Origin: Geosiphon pyriformis uo1
Lineage: Eukaryota > Fungi > Glomeromycota
Assembly (NCBI GenBank): GCA_016748015.1
Contig: JAAOMT010000295.1
Span: 372,001 to 436,000, forward strand
Reading direction: 5' to 3'
Length of the DNA: 64,000 nt
Every line of letters begins with the position of its first letter. Positions within the stretch are counted from its first letter, which is position 1. Below the pieces are notes generated by a model. It saw only the letters and a program-made list of their open reading frames with translations, searched no databases and was not told the DNA's origin. A program made the translations under genes and the position numbers. This document shows, one piece after another, positions 37,917 to 52,076 of this stretch.

Positions 37917-40900
37917 TGTTGTTTTGTCTGGCCTGAGTGACTAGTCACATGTTGTTGATGTGTAAGTTGCATTTAGTTTGGGTCACTTAATTTGGCTCTA
38001 TGTACTAGATAGCAGTTGGGCTTTACTCATTAAATGCTTATAAAAAATAATAATAATAATTATTGTATTATAAAGTAAATATTATTAGTAATTTCTATTT
38101 TTTTTTGTTATATATACTAAGTTTTAAATAGTTCTAATTGGTTTAATTTATGTATTTGTTTTAATAATTATAATTGGTTTTAAATCTTGTAAAATTTTAT
38201 CTGGTTTAACTAGTATTTTTTGTACTTTTAATTATAAAATATTATTGATAAATAATAATATTTAATTGTAATATGATTTAAGTTAATTACTATATACTGT
38301 TTTGGCTAAAATTTTATTGTTTTATCTTAGTTTATATGTGTTATTTTCCAGAATCTTTTTAATGTAAAATAGATTATTTTATTTGAAATTAAACTTTTTA
38401 TTATATTGTTTTTATGTTTTAGTATAATATAAAAATACTTTGTCTCCAATTTTAAATTTAATTGGTTTATTTAGTAGTTAATTATTATATTATTTTTTTT
38501 GTGATTTTTAAATATTATTAGCTGGTTTTTTGTATTTATTTTCTAGTGTTTCTATTAAGTTATATGTTTTTTATAATATTATGTTTGAATATTTATTTTA
38601 ATTAGTAATATTGCTGTTTTATTATAAACCAATTCAAATAATATTGTCTAAATTATATTTTGATTTATTATTTAATAAGTAAATAATACTGAAAATATAA
38701 ATAAATTTTATTTATCTTGATTTTTCTGGTTAATCTTAATTATTACTTTATATAATATTCTGTTAAATTTTTTAATTAAGCCATTTATTTGTAAATAATA
38801 TAATAATAAAAGTGGTTTTTTTATTTAAATATCTGATTTAATTTTGTTAAAATTCTATTTACAAAGTGAATTTTTTAATTTAATAATAATTTTTGTAAAC
38901 ATTTATAGTAAAAAATTAGTTTTTGATACATAAATTTCACTACTGTTTTTGTATTGACTTTTAAATAACTTTAGTTTTTGGTCATTTAGTAAAATAATTT
39001 ATTATTATTACTATATATTTGTTGTTTTTATTAGTAATTATTAGTGGTCTTATTAAGTTAATTCTAATTTAATCAAATAATTATTTTATCTTAATTAGTT
39101 TTAATAATTTACTAAATTTTGTTTTTCTTTTTTTTTAATAAATATCACAATTTTAAACATATTAAATAATATCTAAATATATAAATAACCAGTAGTATTA
39201 TTTTTTAATTCTTTTAATTATAGCTTTTTTGTAAAAATATTCTGTTGTTAATTTTGAGTATATATTAAACAATATTGTTTTTTTTAGTTTTATGACTACT
39301 CTAAGTGATTGGTTTGGTTTTTTTTGTTTTTTTAATATAATATATTTTAGTAAATAATAAAATATTTTGATTATTGTTTTATATTATTTTATTTATTTTG
39401 AAATAATTTTTTTTAAACTATTAAGTATTAATATAATATTAAAGTTGTTGGTATTTTTGTATATTTATCTTTTAACTTATTTTTGGTATTAAAATGTCTT
39501 TAGATTTGCCTTATTCTGGATAAACTATCAATTTTTTTTTTATAATATACTATATAATTAAATAGTAATAATTCTATTTTTTATCTTATATAATAGTTGT
39601 TTTCAAATTTTTGCTTCTGAATTAATGTTAATTCTTTGTAATTTGTGTATATATTAAACTTTTAATTTAAGTTTTTTTTCTATTTTATTATAATTTAATA
39701 GATAGCAAAATATTTTAATATTAAATATTATAATTTTTTTTTATTGAATTTAAATTTTGATTAATATATGCTATTAAATATTCTTGTTTATTGAATTTTT
39801 ATTGTAACAATACAACTTTTAATATTTGTTTAAATATATTAGTTGTAATAATAAAAAATTTGTTATAATAAGAATAGATCAATATTAAAGCTTAAATTAA
39901 CTTTTTTTTTAATGTATTAAAAGCTTTTTGCTGTTTTTTTGTTCAATTATATGAGATATTTTTTGCTTAAAGCTGGTAAAATAACTGTTATTTTCGAAAA
40001 ATAATAAATAAAACAATAGTAATATTTAGCAAATTCCAGAAATATTCTTAGTTTTGTTAAATTTATTAGTATTAAACAGTTTTTAATTTGTTTGATTTTG
40101 TTTAAATTTGTTTTAATTTTAATTTTATTTATAATATGTTTCAAAAACTTGAATTTGTTTTCTTAAAAAAGTATTTAATAGTATTTAGCTTTAATTTAGC
40201 TTTTTTTAACCTTTTAAACACTTGTTAAAAATGATAAAAATAATTATTAAATATTTTTAAGAATACATTAGTGTTATTTAAATATATTATTATAATATTT
40301 TAGTATAAGCAATTTTTATTAGTTATTAAAAAGTAGCTAGTATATTAATTAAACCAAAAAACATAATATCAAATTTAAAGTTTTTTTTTTGTTAGTTGAA
40401 TTTATGGCTATTTGCCAATAACTATTATTTAAGTTCAATATTAAAAACTATTTTTTTTAACAAAAAATATCAAACAATTTTTGAATGTGTAAAATTGAAT
40501 AGCTGTTATTCTAAATAATACTATTGAGTTTTTTGTAATCTATACAAAACTGAATTTTTTTATTCTTTTTCTTAATAAGTATTATTGATAATAATTATAA
40601 ACTCATAAATAATTAGATTAGATTATTGTTTAATATTTGGTTGATTTCTTGGTAAATAATTTTATGGCTAATAAGTAATACTCAGTATGCTTTCTGTTTA
40701 ATTAATATTATATCTTTTGTTTTTATTTAATGCTAAATAATATTAATTTTTCTAAATTTATTCTTGTTTGCAAAGATATTTATAAAATTGTTAAGCAACA
40801 ATTTAATATGTATATATTAAAGTAAGTTCAAATTTTTTAAGTTTATTTGCTTTAATATTTCTGTTTATAATAAATAACATTTTTATTTTTTATAAATAGT

Positions 40901-41079
40901 TTGTAATATAATATCTATTATTACTGAAGATTTTTGGTTTCTTTTCTTAAATATTGTTAATATTATTTTATTAGTAATTCTTAATTATTAAAAGCTGTTG
41001 AATCTCTAATAACTGAATTTATTTTTAAATTATCTCTTATAATTTAAATTGCTAAACTTATAAGTAAAATAACCAATTA

Positions 41080-42337
41080 AGTGTATTTTGGCTGACAATA
41101 ATATTATAATATATTCAAATAATTAGGTTGTTTTGAATGTATATATTGCTGAATTAAGGTTGGTTCTACCAGATTTTTGTAATTATTGTTGGATGAAAAA
41201 ACATAGTATTATAAACACTATTAAGAACAAAAGACTTGGAATGCTTTGGTTTAAGATTAAGGGACATTTGGGTGTTCCGAATAAATACACTAATAAGCTG
41301 GCTGGTTTAGCTTTGTGTTCAAGTTTGGTGCTTTCTGTTCTTGTTAAGAAATATTATGTTAAAGCTGATAGAATGGTAGTATCTGGAAACATTTATTATT
41401 TTGTTCATGATATTTTTAGATTTGTTTATCAGACTTGATAAAAGGTCAAGTTTGGTTTTAATGTTATTGATGCTAATATAATTAAAGATATGAATTAGAA
41501 TTGGACTTTTTTGGTTTGGTATTTTGACTTACATATGGCATTTGGCTTTACAAGCAAGTTTACTGCTAATTTATGCTTATATTTTATGAAAGCTTTGCAC
41601 CAACATTTGCCAGTTGTTGTCAGAAAATGCCTGTTTAATAAAAAATATCTTAGTATATTGTGTCTTTATTGCAGTAAGATAGAACTTCCTAATCATTTTT
41701 TTACATATGTAATAAACTTAGCTGTTTATGTAAAATTACTGGCTTCACATTTGATTTGGTGGGCCTCCATGTCTAGTTTATGCCTATCATTATCTAATAT
41801 TATACAGATGCTTTCTATATGTGTTTTTAACTTTAAAGTATATACAGCTTTATACAAGAGTTTTGTCTTTAAAAATTGGTATTTAAAGACTTTGTCAGTT
41901 TTTGAATATGCTAAAATTGTGAACAAAATGATCATTAATTTGGTAAAAGATTTGAGTATGGCACATTAAATGGAAGTATGGATGATAAAAGCTAAACATA
42001 AGATAATTTTAGAGAAAAAAAGTTTAATTGTAAATAATAATTTAATGTCTTTTATTACTTGTGAATTTTTTTTACTGCTTTTTAATAGTGTAGTCAAATT
42101 GCTTGGTATTATGAAAATACATAGTATTTGTTTTGGTTTTTACAAACTTTGTAGTTTTTTTCTGGTATTAATAATACAGTATTTGTTAAAATAAATCTAT
42201 AATGTTGTTCTGATTGGCCTAAGTGGCTGGTTATGTATAGAAAGTATATGATTTGCATTTAGTTTAGATTATTTAGTTTAATGTATTGTGTTAAGTGGCA
42301 TTTGAGTTTTACTTGTAAAACATAAATAAAAAAAAAG
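41080..42337 (+). mobile_element. 5'-truncated, more decayed LINE copy 3 (RNase H end to poly-A)
   Basis: PDFCNYCW, KIKGHLG, MKALHQHLPVVVRK, CLYC; shared 3' UTR; A-run at ~42328-42337. Confidence 0.9.
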
Positions 42338-44815
42338 AATAATCAATTCTATATTAATTATTTTATATAGTTACTTTGTAAAAAAAATTAACTCTTTCTT
42401 AAAAAATTTTTATCTAAAAACTCACTAAAAATATATAATTACTTTGCTATAAAAGTTAACTCTTTTACAGAAATTTTATTTGTAAATTACTCTAATAATT
42501 TATAATAATAAAAAATATATATAAAATATATATAAAAATATAAAAAAAAGAAATTTGTTAATGAAATTGTTTTTTGTTCAGGCCTAAAATGACTAAAAAA
42601 TTATTGAAATTAATTTCAAAACATAAGTTAAAATTTAAAAAATTTCAATTCATAACTAATTAAAATAAATTATGTTTTTAAAGTATTTAATACTTTATTA
42701 ATTTGTACTAAGAGACTTGTTCTAAAGAAAATAATTTTAAAACAAGATATATTTTCTCAAAGAAAAAAACTTTTCTTTTATACAGCTTATTATAGTATTA
42801 GTTTATGAACTTAAACTTTTTTTTTTGCTACAATTTTAACAAACTATAGATATATTTTAGTAAATTATAAATTGTTTTTACAAATTATAATTATTTTGGT
42901 GTACTATTAAGATATTTTGCAAATTTTTACAAATTTTGGTAAATTTTTAAATATTATAGAGTTTAGAATATTGTATAATTTGATTAATATATTTGATTAT
43001 ATTGGTGTATTATATAATTTGAATTACTAATTAGATAAGAATATTGTAATAATTTAATTAAATAATAAGTAATAAATAATAAATAAAATAATAATAATAT
43101 ATATTAATTACTAATAAAAATTATAAAAATAATTTTATGATTTAATTATTAATTAAAATTCTATTAGTAATATAATTTTCTTTTTAAATTAAGTTTTGTC
43201 AAAATTTAAGTACTATCTATGTTATTTAGATAATAATTCAGAATTATTGAAGTAATTTGGTTTAAAAATTGGTAAAATTTTAGTTTTATAAACTTGCTAA
43301 TATATTGAATTTTCATTGGTTGGGATATTGAATTTTGTAGAATGTTTTTGCAAATATTAAATAGGTTATAAAATCTAAAAGCTGTTTTGAATTTGTAATA
43401 AACATTTGTTAATTTAACTGTTGTCTTGAATTTATTGTATATTTGTTTTTGTGTAGCTTTAAAAGTAAAATTGTTTGTTTTAAGTTTTAATTTCTATTGG
43501 TAAAGTATTTTTCCAATATAAAAATACTAATAAATAAAAGTATATTTATTGTTTTTGTTAAGACATAGTTAAAATTTTTGTTGTATTGTAAAATTTGAGA
43601 AAATATTAATAGAAATAAACAATAGATTTTTTTTAAAGGTTGTTTTAAAAATTTTGATAAATAACTTCCAAAATAATTTTTTGTGTTTTTTTTATAAGGA
43701 TAATAATTATAAAAACTATTTACTATTGGGATTATAGTTTTTTCTGTATATAATTAATTTGACTTCTATTAATTATTATAAATAGATTAAAAAGTGTTTT
43801 TAAAACTAATATTAATTTTCAAGATATTTGTTAAATGTTTTGAAAAATAATTTTAAAAATTTTTAAAAGTAAAAAAAAAAGAATAAGTAAAAAAAATTAT
43901 TTTTGGTATAAAAGTTTTTATATATTTTTGGTTTGAGTATTTTTAAGTAATTATGTTATTGTTTTTGTTTAATATTTTTGTATTATCTTTAAAAAAAATA
44001 TTAATATAATAAATAATTTAAATATTCAAGTTTGGTTGTTTTATTATAACTATTGGTTCTAAGTTTTAGAAAATATTTTTAGAATTAATTAAAAAAGAAT
44101 ATATACCAATTTGTAAAATTAATAATTCAAGATTAGTTCTAAAATAATATTGTTTCAATCAATTTTTATGTACAATTTTTGTTAAGATTTGTTATTAAGT
44201 TTTAACTTATATAGTTAATTGTCTAAAACTTTATAAATATAAAATAGTTTATTTTATTTATAATTAAATTTTTTACTTTATTGTTTTTTAGTTTTAATTT
44301 TATATAAGAAAACTTTATTTTCAATCTTAAATTTGTTGATGACAAGTGGTAATTTGTTGTTATATTATTTTTTTATTAAGTTTGGAAGTATTTAATATGA
44401 ATGATTATAATTTGTTATTTTTTTTTTAATGTGCTAAAAAGAGTTTAAGCTCTTTGTAAAAAAGTTTTTTAAAAGTTTTTCTTTGTAATTAATTGTATTA
44501 GATATGTTTCTATAATAAAATTATTTGATAATATTGGTATTTTTCTATAGATTAAATTAAATAATATGTGTTTTGTTGTATTTTAGTTTAGTGTTCTGTA
44601 TATTAATAATACTAATAGAATAAAAATATCTTATTTTTGTTTAAAATTGGTTGAAATTTTGGTTTATAATTTACATAATATATATTTTTTTTTATTGTTT
44701 AATGAGTGCAGCCCAACCACTATCTAGTATATAGATGCAAGCTAAGTGAATCTAACTAAATGTGGCTCACACATTTGCTATATGTGACTAGCCATTCAGG
44801 CCAATCTAGGCAACA

Positions 44816-47800
44816 CTACACACCTACGTAAACTTTGACATTATCACAAATACCAGAAAAAAAAAGACTAGCCTTATGCAAACCAAAACTGACAGCAAAC
44901 GCCTTATCAATCCTAAGAAGATGAACAACTCTACTAGACAAATGTTTAATAGAATCAGCTAAAAGACCAACAGGAATTTCCAAAGCACAGACCAACCCAC
45001 AACATTCCATGTCCACTCTAAACTTAGCCCTGGTCAACCACAAACCACACCAGTGTTTTTCTGCCAGATGTCAAACAAAATCAGCCACCACCAAAAAAGC
45101 CTGATTGCAATTCTTAAAATGCACTGTAGCTTCATCGACTTAATCTCTCAGTACAAAGTCTTTACACAGTTGCATATACATCTTTGAATCATGACAACCA
45201 GCAAGCAGAGTACGCAACATAGGAGAGAACGCCGGAGAGCAGCCCACTAGCAATGACTTCCACAAAGCAATCCTGTCCAACAAAATATTAATATGCACAG
45301 CTGTCTTACTTTAACAAGTAAATACATGATCTGACAATTCAACATCACCACACATTAAACAGAGAACCCCAGAATAATATTTATCATACAATCTTTTACG
45401 AACAGCAATTGGCAACTTCCTATAGACCACTTTTATTAAGTAAGTGCGGAAAACAGTTGAAGCTTGGCTTGTAAAGCCCAACAGCATATGGGAGTCCAGA
45501 TGTCAAACTGATGCTGTGCACTTTCAATCAACTTTCACAATCAACTCCTCATCGATCACCACAGAGCCAGGACCAGCCTCTTATTGAGCATGACAGATAG
45601 ACCTATAAATATTCCAAACAAAATGTCAAGCATTGTCTGAAACAACTTGACCACAAGCCATGACGTACTTTTCCCGAACACTCATAGGAAGAGACAAATC
45701 GGAATAAGCAGCATGCCCAGCCAAAGCATTAGCCTTGTTATTGTGAACATCACCTGAATGGTCCTTTATCTTCACCCACCTAACAAAAAAGTCCTTATCC
45801 TTGATCAACTTGTGAATATAATGCCTCTCCACTCAACACTTGTTCTTGAAATCTGGAGCAATCAAACTCAATTCTGAAACACATGCATTAATAACAGCCT
45901 GACTATCAATGTTAATAACAGCCAAACACAAAGAAGGAACACATTCTAGTACCAGAGCAATAGCATAAAGCTCAGCCATAGTAGAAGAAAGCAACCTATT
46001 GACCTTAACACCAATACCCACACCAACATCAAGAAAATAAGCTGCAGCCCTACCCGCAATCTCTGCAGTACCCAAATGAGACAAAGAACCATCAGTATAC
46101 ACTGTGAAAACATCAGACCAGAATTCATGCAAATGTTCTCGAACAACCAAATATCTTTCTGAATCAGAAAAGCTTGAACCACCAGAGACTGTGGATAAAC
46201 CACTAAGAATGAAATGATGACCATTTATGTACGCAGAAACTTTGGAGTACCACAAGGGTACAGGACCCCTGGAACTTAGTCTCTTCCAATGGCGAAAAGT
46301 CCTCCAACTGAGAACTGATCCATCTTTGCCTAATAATTTGTCACCAAAGGCAACACCAAAATGCTTTAAAGAGAGGACCACACCAAAATAAAAGGAGCTA
46401 CCCAAGATTGTTGACACAGGGAAGCAACCAGCACCACAAAAAGCACAAGACAAATTGTTGGCCAGGCATATATCATTGTTTAAAAAAATTCTAACCACAC
46501 CAGCGAGAAAATTGTTAGAGAAACTAACCCTCAACTTCACAGGATGTTACAAGAGGTTTAACAGAGCCCACCCTAATATCTGTAGATTTAAAAAACAGTG
46601 TTCAAACAAATGCCCCAGAATACCAGACGCATTTGAAAACCAAACCAATGAAGCCACCTTTCCTTTAGCCTGGATCTGTTCAAAAGTCTTCACGCCATAA
46701 AAGGAGGGATGATGCAAGGCCTCACTGGAAAAATCTCAGGGCAAATTCGCTTTAAATTTGAGACCCTTCCTCAGCATAACATCCCATTTTAAGTAGACAC
46801 TTTTAGAAACAAAGCTAAATTGTGTGTGATAACTGACAATAGGTTGCAGAACCAAAGACACCAAGTACACAAATTGTTTGTCTGTCAAAGCTTTCCTGAG
46901 AACCATATTGGAGAAGAACCTAACATCTGACTGAGCTTTGGCTAAACTGAGTTTAGACAACCCGTCTGTCGACAAAAAAATGCCCAGATATCTATGAGTC
47001 TTACCCTGTTTGGCAATAGAGATAAATAGTCCATTAATATGCAGAGACACAGCCAAAACCCTTTTGTTGATAAAAATTGCCATAGTCTTTTCACTGTTAA
47101 TTGCGATATCATTGATCTCAAAAAATTTGCCTGCAATATCCAAGATACGTTGTGTCGACACTTGACTATTATCAATCCAGATAGTATTATCCACAAAAGC
47201 ACCTGTCATCAAGAATGAAGACTGACTACCACTAGACTCAATTCTGCCAGATTTTGCTACAAAGTTGGTATTGATTCTGTAACCATACAAATATTCATAA
47301 TCCTTAACCTTGCACAACAAAGGGTCATAAAAAATCCTCCACAAGAGAGGAGAGAAGACCTCCCTTTGATCCAAACCATCCAACACACTGTATCTATCCA
47401 AAAGGCCAAAATCAGTTATCACCCTATTAACTCTGCCTACATGTAAGTTCCTGAAAAACAACACAAATTTGTCACACATTTTGATCCACTTTAAACTGGC
47501 CTCCAACTGCTGCCAACCAACAAAATCATAGGCCTTACGCATATTCTGCAACACCAACCAAACCTCTCTATTTTTTTCCAGAGCATCTTCCATGATCAAA
47601 CCAACAGCGAAAACTGGAAATTGAGTGGATGAACCCTTCAAGACTGAGAAATTGTCACCCCAGAGAACATCAAATCTGGAACAGGCTGAAGAGATACAGT
47701 CAGACAATAATTTAGAGAGTATCTTTCTGGCTGTCTCAATTAATGCAATGGGCCTTGTATTCATAAGAATACCATCCCATTCATATGGTTTGGGAATCAT

Positions 47801-49501
47801 AGAAACCCAAGCTCTTTTCCAAAGAATCAAAACCTCACTGGTATTTATGCAAGAATTCAAGAGACCCAACAAACACCCAAGCATATCATCACCACAATGT
47901 TTCCATAGCTCATTAGAGATACCAGACAGACCAGCCGCTTTGTCATTAGGTAAATCCAAAATTACATTCACCAATTCATTGAAATGGATGTCATTCATGA
48001 CATTAGAGAAGGCATCATTTTTCACATAATCCAAAGGTGCATATTGGTGGGCCCATCTGGAGGGCATCACTGAAGGTGACATACGCTCTCTTGTCCAGTT
48101 AACCATAATACTGTTGACCCTGCTTTTCACCTCAATTAGATCCAAAACCAGTTCATCGCCTATGACCAAGTGGTCTAACACAACCTTATGAAAAAGCCAT
48201 TTCAAAACACTCCTAATCATGTCACCCTTGTTAGAACTGAAATTCTCCATGCGTTTATTGATAGCACTTCGAATTGCCATATTTTTAGCCACTCTGGATT
48301 CATGATACTTAGACTTTCTATAACACTTCCTAACCTAAGACAGATGCTTGAACACCTCCACTGAATCAGCTCCATTTTGAACCAAGAAATCAAACTTGAA
48401 AGCCTCTTTACAATCGACCAGAAACTATCTCTTGATTAAGCGATCACACTTACACTTATCATCTGTATTCAAACTCTTGATGATCTTAGCCACCAACAAT
48501 TTAAGTCCAAAAAACCTCGATGAATGTCTGTTCCTTGAACAGTCAAATTTGTTAAACTAGTGCCTAGAAAATGTAGCATCAGCAGCTCTCACTATAACTC
48601 CACACAACACATCTCACATCTCATCCAGGTTATCAAGAACCTTAGCACTCAAAAAACTACCTATGATCAAGGACAGAGCAGCAGACACATTATCCTTAAA
48701 TCATAATCATTTGGAAGGGTCAGCATCTTTAAAGTCAAATTTCCATCTGTCTCTGTTGGCCTGTTTGCAAATACTGTTTAGCTAAGCATCAAAAAGACCC
48801 CCCAGCCCAATTGAAACTGAAATCATCTTATGATCCGTGTTGAAAAACTCCAAAACCATGCCAATGTCCCACTTCATTAGAGCAAAAACTAAGTTTTCAC
48901 TAACAAAAATATAATCAATAACTTTTTTTACACCTCTGGAGTTGCTCCACATAGGTGAACTAGCCAAAGAGTGTCCTTTGAAAGAGTTAACAAGACCCAG
49001 ATCCACACATTTTCTAAGACTAGTACTTTTCTTAGTATCTAATTCATTGAAATCCCCACTCAAGATGACAAAAGAGCTTGAGTTGATAGTGCTAGTAATC
49101 ATGGAGTTGACAGCAAAAGCCTGGCCAAAACACACACTAGCAGATGCACCTGCATAGATACCCAAGATTGTAACCAAAAGTTTGCCCTTAAACAAGAGCT
49201 GAATCGAAATCAACTGACCAGAAATCTTATCAATCTTTAAAACATGCTGAATCACTGAAGAGTTCATAATAACAGCCATGCTAGCACCAGAAGAACTTGC
49301 ATCAAGACCTGACGTAAAAATGTGAACATCAGGGAATCTATTCATAATTCACAGCTTAATGCCAGATTTCAACTTTGTCTCCATAATGATAGAAATGTCA
49401 TTACCAGAATTTACGTGCCATCTAACTATATCATTCTGTTTGGCAGGAATGTTCACACCTCTCACATTACATGTCACAATTCTTCAAACCAAACTGCTCA
49501 T
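44816..49501 (-). pseudogene. LINE copy 4 ORF2 (APE-RT-RNase H-Cys)
   Basis: SGDFNE, IDYIF, TDH, RPIALIE, QNMRKAYD, FVDNTIW, RYLG, YTDGS, KIKDHSG; premature stops. Confidence 0.93.
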
Positions 49502-51339
49502 TGAGATAAAAAAGAGACCGCAGAACCTGAGCCAGCACACACCTGATCTAACTTCTTCAATACTGAACAAATCAAAGCTTCGAGAGCCATCAACTTCGAC
49601 TTCAAACAGCCCACTTTTGAAGTCAAAATTTTCAAACTACTCGAACCCAAATTAGAGACACCAGAAGAAACCGAAAAGGAAGGAAGAGCTACAGGCTTAG
49701 GATCATCCAGGACCATATCTGAACCAAATTCCACATTTGCCATAACAAGAATAACCGATGGCTGAGAAGAAAAGGTGAGAGCCATGGGCACCAGGTTTAA
49801 ATTGTCAAGTTTGTTTACAATACCTGACACCTTATTTGTGAGAAGTTCCAAAGAACGCTCCAAAAAAGCAAAACGAGTTTCCAAATATGAATTAACAGAA
49901 ACCACAGGAGACGAGTGACCAACCACACCTGAAGCACCAAAAGAAGAGCCAAAACCAGAACCAGAACTGGGGTGAGAACCATCAGATAAAGATACTAGAA
50001 AGACAACCTGGGCCCAAGATTTGCCACTGAATACAGCCAGTCGAGAAATAGGCACACCCTTTTTTGTATACAGCTTGGCCAACTGGAGGTGGTTCTCATT
50101 AGAGACAACTCTTTTAAATGACTTGGACAGTTTAGTAGAAGCTGAGATCTCAGCATCACACTCTAGAACAGAATGACCAAGTTTCTCATACCGTTTACAC
50201 CAAACGAGGTCCAATCTAGTCCAAAAAAGTTTTACCCCACCAAAAATAGGCTCTGTACAAAATGCAGACTCCAATATCTCATCATTCTCAAAACAAACCA
50301 CAGCACAACAAACTCTATTGCCAGTGTCCAAGGACTGATTTATGACACAAGTTTTCTCACCAGCTTCTGACAAGAGATCACCAAGATCATAAGCCATTGT
50401 TCCCACTGGTAAAGTAAACAAAAGTGCTTTATACCAATCCCTAGATGCCCATGTCTCACAATCTCCCACAGCTTTGACTACACGCACCGAATCTTTCCCA
50501 ATTAAGAACGACCATTTAGCTGCCAACTGATCTGTCTGACTCGATTCAGCAAACTCCACTACAGCCTTCTGCCACAGCCCAATGAGTTGTACTCGGATCG
50601 ATACCACTTGACCAAACTCGGATACTGCGGCGACAATTATTTCCTTTAGTGTGTCCATGAGAATTTTCTTGATTACTACAGCCCGATCTGAGCAAATTCC
50701 TTGTTTTTTAAGATCGCTGTTTACTATGATGTTATTTTCCCTGGCCAATGATGCGGCTTTCTTTATGCTTTCTGATGAGATAAACGTTGATCAGATAATC
50801 TCTTTAAATTTTGAGGGGGTAGTGGCCCCCCCAAAACTATTGATTGTTGAAAATAATTTCCTGATAACCTGAGTCTTAGCCGTCGCTGATTTCCCCTCCA
50901 CAGCAGATAGATTGATGTCCAAAGTGAACAATTTCTTCATAGCAACTTCCACTTGAGACTTAACAATTTTGGGATCCACCCACACCTTTTCCAGAGAGAA
51001 AGACAAATGGGAAGGAAGAGAAACTTCCTTCTCATCATTCATGTCATAATTAATAGAGCTGAGAGGAGAGCCAACAGTCGCACCATTATTAAAACACTTG
51101 GCTTGAAGCATATTTATTTTGGAATCAGGTATTTTCTCACTTTCGGAAGCTTCTCCATTAGTATCCATGTTATTAAACTGCCCGACCACATGACCAGACT
51201 TACTACTTTCAAGAGTTGTATCATCACTTGAGAGCTTAGCACCACCGGGAGGTTTCTTAATTTTATGACCTGAACCACCACCAACCGAACCAGTGGTCGA
51301 AACTCTGGTTAACCTTTTCTTAATACTAGGACCATTCAT
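49498..51339 (-). pseudogene. LINE copy 4 ORF1
   Basis: Two in-frame segments split by a TGA (probably from CGA); homologous to the other ORF1s; decayed knuckle CKRYEKLGHSVLEC. Confidence 0.88.
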
Positions 51340-52035
51340 AGTGGCAGCTGGACCAACAATGAAAGAGTTTGTTTCTTGTGAAATAGTGGAAAACAGTATA
51401 TAAAAAACAGAAAAACTTCTTTCAAAATTTTGACTCTTTTTCAGGAATTTGGGATGAAGAAGAAAAAGAAGTTTTTTTTTTTACATAATATTTAGTTAAA
51501 TTGTTTTATAAGTTAAATAATAATTAAATTTTACTTATTAAATTAATATAAAAAATTATATTTTGTTAAAATATAATTAAAAAATTATTTATAATATATT
51601 AAAATTTAAAAAATATATTAGTTTTTATTAATTTTAATTTAAACAAAAAATATTAATTTTAATAAATAAAATTTTATTACTATTATTTTTATAAAATTTT
51701 TAATAAAATTTTTTAAATTAATTGTAAATTTTAATATATAAATTAATATATAATATTTAGTTATACTTGTGTAAATTATATAAATTAGTTAATATTATTA
51801 AACCAAATTTATAAAATTAAAAATCATTAAAAATTTCATGTGTTATTTATTATAAATTTAAAATTAATATATTTTATTTTGGATTTTTATAATATTTAAA
51901 TATTTAATAATTATTAAATTAAATTATTAATTGCCAAAAAAATATTACATTATATATGTATAATAATAAAATGTATTAAAAATAATAAATTTAAGTTTTT
52001 ATTTAATTAAAAATTAATAAAAATAAATAATAACA

Positions 52036-52037
<2 letters not shown>

Positions 52038-52073
<36 letters not shown>
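52038..52073 (+). repeat. (AAT)n microsatellite
   Basis: aataataat run of about 12 units. Confidence 0.9.

Positions 52074-52076
<3 letters not shown>

Larger units (their letters stand above)
31240..38050 (+). mobile_element. LINE copy 2, full length, inserted in Gypsy copy 2
   Basis: 5' motif, ORF1, ORF2, shared 3' UTR and A/AAT tail. Gypsy sequence is continuous on either side; possible TSD aataatta. Confidence 0.95.
29792..41080 (-). mobile_element. Decayed Gypsy-type element copy 2 (3' LTR 29792-30611, IN extension, IN, RH, RT), interrupted by LINE copy 2; 5' part not found
   Basis: The reverse complement aligns to the LTR, PPT, IN extension (30612-31230, 38060-38270), IN, the RH end (39500-39530) and RT (e.g. 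40390-40450, 40680-40780) of the 9670-19820 element. Confidence 0.88.
44682..51479 (-). mobile_element. LINE copy 4, full length, with 12-bp TSD
   Basis: TTTACATAATAT flanks both ends (44670-44681 and 51480-51491); T-run tail, 3' UTR, ORF2, ORF1 and 5' motif present. Confidence 0.95.

Noticed and set aside
42340-44669. Identity of the AT-rich tract (also 200-1080, 20150-21700, 51490-52900, 60000-60900)
   Set aside because: Probably ancient TE relics, but too decayed to assign by eye, so not annotated.
3371-51339. Alternative genetic code (TGA=Trp, TAA=Gln) explaining the in-frame stops
   Set aside because: Stops fall at different positions in different copies and accompany missense transitions in catalytic motifs; host genes read in the standard code and end in TAA/TGA.
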